Below, one piece after another: positions 20,151 to 27,603 of a DNA stretch of 61,417 nt (position 1 is its first letter; every line of letters starts with the position of its first letter). This DNA is from Bacteroidota bacterium (GTDB lineage Bacteria > Bacteroidota > Bacteroidia > Flavobacteriales > Schleiferiaceae): positions 1 through 61,417 of the forward strand of contig PZPA01000001.1 of assembly GCA_003045825.1 (NCBI GenBank), read 5' to 3'. The position numbers were made by a program, and so were the translations under genes. Under the pieces are notes generated by a model that saw nothing but the letters and a program-made list of their open reading frames with translations, was not told the DNA's origin and did not search any database.

Positions 20151-20615
20151 ATGGAGAGTATCGCTTTTATTTTACTGATCGTCGGCGTAATTGGATCGGT
20201 TCTTCCGCTATTACCCGGCCCTTTATTATCATCCGTAGGCTTGATTCTTTTTGCACAAACAAATGACCTTTCGCAGAATGCTGGATTTTGGCTGTACCTC
20301 TGGGCAATCACAGGATTGTTATTTTTTATTGGCGATTATCTTTTGCCTGGTATCATAACGAAACGAGGCGGTGGGTCAAAAGAAGCTACACGCGGCGCAA
20401 CGATTGGCTTACTCTTGGGATTAATAACCGGACCGGGAATGTTTATAGGCGCTTTTGTTGGAGCGTTTATCGGTCAATACCGCTCGAACACTAATATCGT
20501 CAAGAGTCTACGTAGCGCTTTATTAGCCACTCTAGGTATAGTCCTTGGTATCATTGGTAAATTAATCTATACCGTGGTTGCCGTTGCGTTGGTATTGTTA
20601 CTAGTTTCGACTTGA
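20151..20615 (+). CDS. DUF456-like small inner-membrane protein
   Basis: Four predicted hydrophobic helices, Gly-rich, with an N-terminal LPLLPGPLL motif. Its stop overlaps the start of the next gene. Confidence 0.6.
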   Translation: MESIAFILLIVGVIGSVLPLLPGPLLSSVGLILFAQTNDLSQNAGFWLYLWAITGLLFFIGDYLLPGIITKRGGGSKEATRGATIGLLLGLITGPGMFIGAFVGAFIGQYRSNTNIVKSLRSALLATLGIVLGIIGKLIYTVVAVALVLLLVST

Positions 20616-21160
20616 TGATAATGGATATACAGCTCAGCCCTTCCTTCTCGATCACCTACCCTGATATGACCTTCCCCGATGGGATTACCCTGGTCACGGG
20701 CCCTTCTGGAGTGGGAAAAACAACATTACTTCGTGCGCTTCACGGTGAGTTGGGAACAAGTTTTTCTTCAATCGTAAAAGGACAAAAAACATCGTTAATG
20801 CCACAACAGCAGTACTGGATTGGCTACATGACGATGTACGAGCAGCTTTCGATGACGGCAGGCGAACAATGGCAAACCATAGCGGAAACCTTGGGACTTC
20901 AATCCCACTTTCACAAATTACCGGACCAATTAAGCATAGGCCAACAGCAACGTTTCTGGTTGTCTTGGGTACTTGCAGATAATGCGGATTGGATACTATT
21001 GGATGAACCTACGAGCGCCCTCGACGATGATTGGGCAACTGCAGCGATTAGTCTATTTGATCGGTTTCGCCGTGAGAATGTAAAGGCAAAAATGATTATC
21101 GTAACCCATGATGTTCGATTGCTTCAAGGAAACATCCACAACCACCGCATCGCTTTATGA
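20615..21160 (+). CDS. Compact ABC-transporter ATP-binding protein
   Basis: Walker A GPSGVGKT, signature variant LSIGQQQR, Walker B ILLDEPTSALD, H-loop VTHD. The tracked ORF starts at TTG 20612. The ATG at 20615 overlaps the upstream TGA as TGATG. Confidence 0.8.
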   Translation: MIMDIQLSPSFSITYPDMTFPDGITLVTGPSGVGKTTLLRALHGELGTSFSSIVKGQKTSLMPQQQYWIGYMTMYEQLSMTAGEQWQTIAETLGLQSHFHKLPDQLSIGQQQRFWLSWVLADNADWILLDEPTSALDDDWATAAISLFDRFRRENVKAKMIIVTHDVRLLQGNIHNHRIAL

Positions 21161-22236
21161 GGATTGTGCTGAAAATATGGAGGGCACAATTGCGCAAACG
21201 ATGGGTAGTTCTAGGCATCGCCCTACTCCTCTCGTTTATAACTTCAATACTACTCCATTTACCCAGCGCCACGCAACGTTACATCTATGAACGTTGGCAA
21301 GAAAGCGCTTCTTTGGTGGACGTCGTGATCGGGTACAAAGGTGCACCGACGCAGATTATTGCGAGTTCACTTTACCGAATGGAAAACCCCACTGGAAATT
21401 TACCTAGCGCTACGGCTGAGTACTGGAGAAAACACCCGCTTGTTCAAGAGGCTTGCGCCATATCCCTTGGCGATAATATAGAAGGGATTCCCGTCGTGGG
21501 GACCGATTCTAATTACTTCGATTGGTTCGGTATTACTTTCGACCAAGGCAAACAACCCACGAATCCTGATGAAATCGCTGTTAGTACTGTGCTTGCGATG
21601 CGAAACAACCTGAGTTTGGGAGCGGCGCTTCACTCCTCTCACGGTAGTGACTCAAGGGGTGCTACACACGCACATCACGATCTTAAGGTTGTAGGAATTT
21701 TCAATGCTGAGCGTTCAGCAGATGAGCAAGCATATTTCGTGACTAATGCAGCATATGCCGGCATGCATAGTTCTGTTAAAGAAGAGTTTACGTCATTATT
21801 AATGAAGTTAAAGTCTAAGTCTGGTTTGTTGATGTTGCCGGGAGTGATTTCAAAACGAACCAATGAACAAGGTGCCTTCCCCGTATTCATCTTTGGCCAA
21901 TTGCAAAAGCAGTGGCAGCCAACTTTAGATCGTGCCGCAATCTACGGAAGAATGGTGTCGATTTTTGTGGCATTACTTTTTATCGGATTTCTCTTTTTTA
22001 TTGGCATGACGGAACGATCCACAGTGTTGTTGCTTCGTATCAAAGGAATCTCAAAGTCGGTAGTTTTTACAGCTACTTATGGGCTATATATCTTCTCAGG
22101 GTTACTAGGACTGATCGCTGGTTTAACTTTGTTTGACATTATGGGACTTTCTTTGAGTCTTATGAATGCAGGCCTAGGCTTACTTCCGTTAGTAGTATCC
22201 ACCATTTTATTGTACATCAATCTGAATAAGCAATGA
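21157..22236 (+). CDS. MacB/FtsX-type ABC permease (one N-terminal TM, large periplasmic domain, three C-terminal TMs)
   Basis: The topology read from hydrophobic segments is VVLGIALLLSFITSILL, then about 230 aa, then three hydrophobic helices at the C-terminus. ATGA overlaps occur on both sides. Confidence 0.7.
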   Translation: MRIVLKIWRAQLRKRWVVLGIALLLSFITSILLHLPSATQRYIYERWQESASLVDVVIGYKGAPTQIIASSLYRMENPTGNLPSATAEYWRKHPLVQEACAISLGDNIEGIPVVGTDSNYFDWFGITFDQGKQPTNPDEIAVSTVLAMRNNLSLGAALHSSHGSDSRGATHAHHDLKVVGIFNAERSADEQAYFVTNAAYAGMHSSVKEEFTSLLMKLKSKSGLLMLPGVISKRTNEQGAFPVFIFGQLQKQWQPTLDRAAIYGRMVSIFVALLFIGFLFFIGMTERSTVLLLRIKGISKSVVFTATYGLYIFSGLLGLIAGLTLFDIMGLSLSLMNAGLGLLPLVVSTILLYINLNKQ

Positions 22237-22649
22237 AAAGAATCATACTCGCTACTGTCTTTAGTTTGATCGCCAGTCCTGCATTTTCCCAAAAGGTCGT
22301 CCCATGGGAGCTGTTGGCAGTGCCTTACTCCACAACTCCTGATGGACTGTATTCTCCACAATTTCCTTCCTATTTGGATGCTTATGAGTTGCAAGAGGTT
22401 GTACTCCAAGGGTATCTCGTTCCTGTAGATGTCGAAGGGAGTCAATATGCGTTAAGTCGTTATGCATTTTCCAGTTGTTTTTTTTGCGGAAATGCCGAAC
22501 CAAATACCGTAGTCGAATTACTCTTCAAGGAACGCCCAGATGCGCTAATTACGGATCAGTTCGTAGTTGTGAAAGGACTACTAGTCTTCAATAAAAAGGA
22601 CCCCTATCGACTCTTCTTTATTTTGAAAAATGTAGAATTCGCAGGATGA
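22233..22649 (+). CDS. Secreted small protein, paralog 1 (DUF3299-like, SSCFFCG motif)
   Basis: Signal peptide MKRIILATVFSLIASPAFSQ. Core GYLVPVDVEGSQYALSRYAFSSCFFCGNAEPNTVVEL. Paralogous to the next ORF. Confidence 0.6.
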   Translation: MKRIILATVFSLIASPAFSQKVVPWELLAVPYSTTPDGLYSPQFPSYLDAYELQEVVLQGYLVPVDVEGSQYALSRYAFSSCFFCGNAEPNTVVELLFKERPDALITDQFVVVKGLLVFNKKDPYRLFFILKNVEFAG

Positions 22650-23065
22650 AACAGCGAGCACTTCTTTTTTTTACTTTCCTAAGTACTCTAGGCTTCGCGC
22701 AGGAACGATTGACGTGGAATACGTTTGAACGCCTGGTTTTTGAAGAAGTCTATGAACCCACCACAGCGAGTTGGGTTCAGGTACCCGTATGGTCAGATGA
22801 ATTACGAAAATGGAACGGGAAACGGGTCAAAATCACGGGCTATGTTATCGCGTTAGATGCGGTAAGTGAGACTTATGCTCTAAGCGCCTTTCCCTTCTCA
22901 AGCTGTTTTTTTTGTGGGGCAGCGGGCCCGGAAAGTGTTTTAGAATTGGACCTGAAGTCTAGCAAAGTGTATCTGACAGACGATGTGATCACCTTTACTG
23001 GTCTGTTGCAGCTGAATGAAGATCCACTAAAGTTCCCGCTCACATTAAAAGAAGCAAGTGAATGA
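22646..23065 (+). CDS. Secreted small protein, paralog 2 (DUF3299-like, SSCFFCG motif)
   Basis: Signal peptide MKQRALLFFTFLSTLGFAQ. Core GYVIALDAVSETYALSAFPFSSCFFCGAAGPESVLEL. Confidence 0.6.
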   Translation: MKQRALLFFTFLSTLGFAQERLTWNTFERLVFEEVYEPTTASWVQVPVWSDELRKWNGKRVKITGYVIALDAVSETYALSAFPFSSCFFCGAAGPESVLELDLKSSKVYLTDDVITFTGLLQLNEDPLKFPLTLKEASE

Positions 23066-24063
23066 AGTATTTAAAAAGAATAGCAATAAGTGCTCTTGCC
23101 CTACTCCTTCTTGTCACGTCCTTCTATTTCACGGGCCCCACAACGAAGGCACCAACCTATGACCTGTCCTTTCCTTCCATACAAACGCCACTTGCGACTA
23201 TTAATGACAGCTTAGCGAAGTTTGACGCTCAAGCTGGAGCAGAACCTTGTGCATTAAGCACCGTCGATTGGTTCGATAGCATTGTTCCTACCGAATATGT
23301 ACTGCTCTATCTTCATGGTTTCAGTGCTTCTCAACACGAGGGTGATTCTGTTCGATATTGGGTAGCGGATCATTTAAAGGCCAATGCCTTTTACCCTAGG
23401 ATTGCAGGTCATGGTTTAATAGAGCCTGATTCATTAAGATATGCGACCTACACAGCAACAGAGGCTTGGGAAAAAGCGAAAAAGGACTTTGCTTTGGCCA
23501 CTACTTTAGGTCATAAAGTCATTATCATGTCTTGTAGTACAGGTACTCCCCTTGCCATCAAGTTGGCAGCAACATTTCCGGATAAGGTACATGCTCTAGT
23601 CAATTATAGTCCCAATATTCGATTGCATGATCCCTTAGCGAGCTTGACGAACGGCCCATGGGGTTTGGATTTGCTCAAATGGATATCGGGCCAGGAATAT
23701 AGGGACCTGGCTCCTCGGGAAGACGGCGTCACTGAGGATTGTAAACACCGCTCCTACAGTTGGGAGAGTGTGATAGAAATGCAATGGCTACTGGAGACCA
23801 CGATGACAGTCGAAACTTTTAAAGCCGTTAGAGCCCCGTCACTCACTATGATGTGGAATGAATCAGTAGAGGTACGCGACAAGGTAGTGAGCGTTGAAAA
23901 AGCACAATGGATGCATGCTAATTTAAGCTCACCTTTAAAACAATGGGCCAATTGCGCTTGCAAAGACCATGTGATTCATAACCACCAGACTAGCTCCGAA
24001 GCAGTGAACGTTTATGAAACTACTTTGGTGTTTTTAAATAATTGTTCTACCCATGCTCTTTGA
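23062..24063 (+). CDS. Membrane-anchored or secreted alpha/beta-fold hydrolase
   Basis: N-terminal hydrophobic anchor. LYLHGFSAS oxyanion-region motif. Nucleophile-elbow-like MSCSTG. Confidence 0.6.
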   Translation: MKYLKRIAISALALLLLVTSFYFTGPTTKAPTYDLSFPSIQTPLATINDSLAKFDAQAGAEPCALSTVDWFDSIVPTEYVLLYLHGFSASQHEGDSVRYWVADHLKANAFYPRIAGHGLIEPDSLRYATYTATEAWEKAKKDFALATTLGHKVIIMSCSTGTPLAIKLAATFPDKVHALVNYSPNIRLHDPLASLTNGPWGLDLLKWISGQEYRDLAPREDGVTEDCKHRSYSWESVIEMQWLLETTMTVETFKAVRAPSLTMMWNESVEVRDKVVSVEKAQWMHANLSSPLKQWANCACKDHVIHNHQTSSEAVNVYETTLVFLNNCSTHAL

Positions 24064-25510
24064 TTCACCACAGTGGTTGTGGGGAACAGCCTTAGCTCTT
24101 TTGGTACCCATTATTCATTTATTGGGACAACGATCAATAAAACCCATCCCCATTCCATCTTTAATGTGGTTGGACAAATTCAAAACACAAGATCGGCGAC
24201 GCAATAAGTTGAAAGAATGGCTGCTCGTTCTACTTAGAATGTTGGTGATAGCACTCTTCTTTTTTTCGTTAGCAAGTCCTAGAATACCTCGAGATTCAAC
24301 CACTATTTTGATTGATAATTCACCTGCACTTTGGTCTCGAAAGGCGTATTGGTTGCCGGAAGCATTAAAACAATTACCTAAGGGTACGTATACCGTAAAC
24401 GTTCGTGGCGGGATTGGGATAGGAACCCTTCGAGCAGACGAAGTAGTTGAAGCCCTAAAGGATTGGCCTGCGTCAGAAGCACCTCTTCAAGACTATGAAA
24501 ACAGCTATATTCTGTCGGCCGGTTATTCTGTTTTACCAGAAGGAGCGTCAACGTACGTCCTACCTAAACGAAGCTCAGTTTTCAATGCTTTGGTAAAAGA
24601 AGTTCGAGCTAATGCAAAGGAGCAATGGTTTACAATAACAAACGGCACACATAGCGGTGAATGGGAAGTCCGTGACTCAAATACTTTAATTCTTCAAGAA
24701 GCCGATAGTATTGTTCGTGTTCCATGGTGGTCTATCGAGGCGGAAGAGTTGGTTCTATCCTATTCAGGCGACTCCATAATTGAAGATAATAACCACCTTC
24801 TTTACCGACCAAATTCCCTACCAATCATTGAATTAATAACCCCTGGCGCTCCTGGCCTCGCTTCACTTCCGATACAGAACAAGGTGGTGTATAGGAATAC
24901 AGGCGACCTTCAAAAATTGCCAACCTCCGCGATTCTTGTATTGAATGGATTTTCCTTCGTCCCTGAAGAGTTGAAAAATGAAGGGTATGTACTCCTGCGT
25001 TTTTCAAATGAACAAACAGCCGTGCTTGATCAAGAGGTTATCCCCGTTCTCGAAGATCCCTTTTATACCGATTTCTTCATTGGGGCATCGGAGCGAAACC
25101 GTTGGCCATCTCCAAAAAAATGGTCTGGAGAAGCATTTACCGGCCTTACGCCATTTCTAAAAACGAAACGCGATGTCGTGCTGTCGGGATGGCGAAAACT
25201 CCCTGATGGCGCCGTACTCTACGAGCAATCCTTTCCCATAGCAGATGCGGGACATCCTTATTATAAGGCCCTGCTCCAGTGGGCTTCAGAACAGCAGCAG
25301 GAAGGAATGCGCTCTTCTCTCGTGAATTATGGAGAAGATGGATATGATTCAAATATTACCCAATTAGATCAGACGAAGGTCCAGTATTATAGCTGGGTGA
25401 AATCGGTCAAAGAAGTACAGAAATCGGTCCAATTTTGGACAGAAAGTAAAATAGCTTTGGCACTTGCATTGTTTTGCGCCCTAATTGCACTTATTTTTGC
25501 TAAAATTTAA
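24053..25510 (+). CDS. Membrane protein with a BatA-type N-terminal double-transmembrane region and a C-terminal TM helix
   Basis: N-terminus PQWLWGTALALLVPIIHLL...EWLLVLLRMLVIALFFFSLA. Large middle domain. C-terminal helix IALALALFCALIALIFA. Confidence 0.5.
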   Translation: MLFDSPQWLWGTALALLVPIIHLLGQRSIKPIPIPSLMWLDKFKTQDRRRNKLKEWLLVLLRMLVIALFFFSLASPRIPRDSTTILIDNSPALWSRKAYWLPEALKQLPKGTYTVNVRGGIGIGTLRADEVVEALKDWPASEAPLQDYENSYILSAGYSVLPEGASTYVLPKRSSVFNALVKEVRANAKEQWFTITNGTHSGEWEVRDSNTLILQEADSIVRVPWWSIEAEELVLSYSGDSIIEDNNHLLYRPNSLPIIELITPGAPGLASLPIQNKVVYRNTGDLQKLPTSAILVLNGFSFVPEELKNEGYVLLRFSNEQTAVLDQEVIPVLEDPFYTDFFIGASERNRWPSPKKWSGEAFTGLTPFLKTKRDVVLSGWRKLPDGAVLYEQSFPIADAGHPYYKALLQWASEQQQEGMRSSLVNYGEDGYDSNITQLDQTKVQYYSWVKSVKEVQKSVQFWTESKIALALALFCALIALIFAKI

Positions 25511-25515
25511 TCGAG

Positions 25516-26760
25516 ATGCAACTCCTATTTAAAAATGCCTACGTAGTTGACGTTCATAGTCCTTACCATTTACAAACCGTAGACATTTTAGTTGAAGGAT
25601 CTCAAATTACTTCTATAGGCGATCTCCCTGAGATGGATTGCCCATCCGTAGATTTAGAGGGTGCAACATTAACCACTGGTTTTGCAGAATTGCACAGTGA
25701 TCTTGGAGAGCCTGGAAATGAGGAATGCGAAACGTTGGAGACAGGTGCTGCAGCGGCGGCTTCCGGTGGCTTTACTGCAGTAGGTGTGGTTAGTAATGGA
25801 ACTCCGGGAATTGATAATAAAACAGGTATAGAATTCATATTAAGTAAAGGCGAAAGCACGGCGATCAATCTTGTACCTGTAGGATCGGCTAGTAAATCTA
25901 GTGCTGGTGAGGAGATGAGTGACATGTTCGATATGTACCAGCATGGCACAATCTTGTTTGGAGATTACAAGCAAGGCATGCGAAATGCGAATCTTTTAAA
26001 ATTGGCTCTTTTATACAGTAAACCTTTTGGTCGCATCATGGTGCACCCAGAAGATGCGAATTTGGCGGCCAACGGTAAGGTTCATGAAGGTGTAACCTCT
26101 ACGTATATAGGCTTAAAAGGAATCCCAGATATTGCAGAATCTGTTCAAATAGCGCGCGATCTAAAGTTGTTGGAATATACTGAAGGCAGCATGCACATTG
26201 CCAGTGTGAGCACTTCCGAAGGAATTAAGGCTGTTCGTGATGCGAAATCAAAAGGACTCAACCTCACCTGTAGCGTTAATATCCACCACTTACTTTTCGA
26301 CGAAACAGCAGTAGCAACGTACGATACGAACTTTAAAGTAGCTCCGCCCTTACGCACTACTGAAGACCAGAACGCGCTTTGGGATGCCTTGCAAGACGGT
26401 ACAGTCGATTGTTTAACTGTGGACCACCTTCCTAGCGATATTGAGTTAAAGGCATGCGAATTCGATAATGCATCTTTCGGAATGGCGGGATTTGAAGGCG
26501 CCTTGGTACATCTATTGGATGCGAAGAAATTGGATTGGGAACTCTTACAGAAACTATGTTCTTCCAATCCTAGAGATTTGCTTGGTCTGCCTGAATTAAA
26601 GATTGTCGAAGGAGGCATAGCAGAATTCACTATACTGGATGAAAACGGTTCGGATTTAACCGGATTTGCGTCTAAAGCCTATAATAATCCGTTCAAGGGA
26701 ACTACGACTAAGTACCGAGTGGTTGGGGTTTATGTCAATGGAAAATACCTAGGTAACTAA
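25516..26760 (+). CDS. Dihydroorotase-like amidohydrolase with degenerate metal ligands (possibly non-catalytic)
   Basis: Overall DHOase type-I pattern (VDILVEG...I..IG, GEPG, TVDHLP). The expected D-x-H-x-H reads E58-L-H60-S-D62. The expected H-I-x-H-V-S-T reads MHIASVST. Confidence 0.65.
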   Translation: MQLLFKNAYVVDVHSPYHLQTVDILVEGSQITSIGDLPEMDCPSVDLEGATLTTGFAELHSDLGEPGNEECETLETGAAAAASGGFTAVGVVSNGTPGIDNKTGIEFILSKGESTAINLVPVGSASKSSAGEEMSDMFDMYQHGTILFGDYKQGMRNANLLKLALLYSKPFGRIMVHPEDANLAANGKVHEGVTSTYIGLKGIPDIAESVQIARDLKLLEYTEGSMHIASVSTSEGIKAVRDAKSKGLNLTCSVNIHHLLFDETAVATYDTNFKVAPPLRTTEDQNALWDALQDGTVDCLTVDHLPSDIELKACEFDNASFGMAGFEGALVHLLDAKKLDWELLQKLCSSNPRDLLGLPELKIVEGGIAEFTILDENGSDLTGFASKAYNNPFKGTTTKYRVVGVYVNGKYLGN

Positions 26761-27539
26761 ATCGTAACTGGAATACGTAGCCCATCGAAACTAAGCTGCA
26801 TCCCTTCGGGCAACTCTTTCTCCACATCTTCATGCTTCCCCATGTAGTGGCTCATGTGTATAAAGTAAGTGTGTCTCGCTCCTATTTTAGTTGCCCATTC
26901 TATAGCCTGTGTCAGATTAAAGTGGCTATAATGTTCCTTTCTGTGAAGCGCATCTAAGATCAAATAGTTTAAGCCACTCAACTGCTCCATCGCTTCATCG
27001 GGAATGTCGTTAACATCCGTTAAATAGGCAGTGTCGCCAATTCTATAGCCTAAAATGGGAAGGTTACCGTGGTTTATACCAAGCGGAAGTACTTCTACCC
27101 CATTTATGGTAAAAGCCAATTCTGCTTCAATTGATGTAGTTGTAAAACTGGGGGCTCCAGGATACGGCTGTGCTTTGAAAGCGTAGTCGAATGCCTTTTT
27201 AATTCTATCTAAAACACGTTGCTGACCGTAAAGAGCCATTTCTTTGCGAACACGAAAAATGATTGGTCGAACATCGTCTAAACCCGCGACATGATCTTGA
27301 TGTTCATGAGTGAACAATACGGCATCCACATGGGTCAATCCTTCACGTAACATCTGGGTACGAAAATCAGGGCCGGTATCTATTTGAAGCGAAAGGCCTG
27401 CAAACTGAATATGTACCGAGCTTCTTGTCCTGTTATCCCTGACATCCTTGCTCATGCAAACTTCGCAATCACAGCCAATCACTGGAACTCCTTGAGAAGT
27501 TCCAGAACCTAAAAATATCAATTCCCCTCTTTGGCTCAT
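26757..27539 (-). CDS. MBL-fold metallo-hydrolase (PhnP/GPDQ-like)
   Basis: HxHxDH motif as FTHEHQDHVAG. N-terminal Cys cluster CDCEVC. Beta-lactamase-fold pattern. Confidence 0.8.
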   Translation of the reverse strand: MSQRGELIFLGSGTSQGVPVIGCDCEVCMSKDVRDNRTRSSVHIQFAGLSLQIDTGPDFRTQMLREGLTHVDAVLFTHEHQDHVAGLDDVRPIIFRVRKEMALYGQQRVLDRIKKAFDYAFKAQPYPGAPSFTTTSIEAELAFTINGVEVLPLGINHGNLPILGYRIGDTAYLTDVNDIPDEAMEQLSGLNYLILDALHRKEHYSHFNLTQAIEWATKIGARHTYFIHMSHYMGKHEDVEKELPEGMQLSFDGLRIPVTI

Positions 27540-27603
27540 TCTTTGTTTGTATTTAGCGCTTTTACATTCTTAAGGATGAAGACTAAATGTTACTTTTGTT
27601 TCA

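Noticed and set aside
26145-26630. A 161-aa ORF antisense to the dihydroorotase-like gene. Similar long antisense ORFs occur at 9592-9999, 17876-18268, 42834-43169, 47988-48425, 57441-57899 and 58245-58658.
   Set aside because: All are embedded in strongly supported genes on the other strand and lack motifs. Their lengths are consistent with chance open frames opposite coding sequence.
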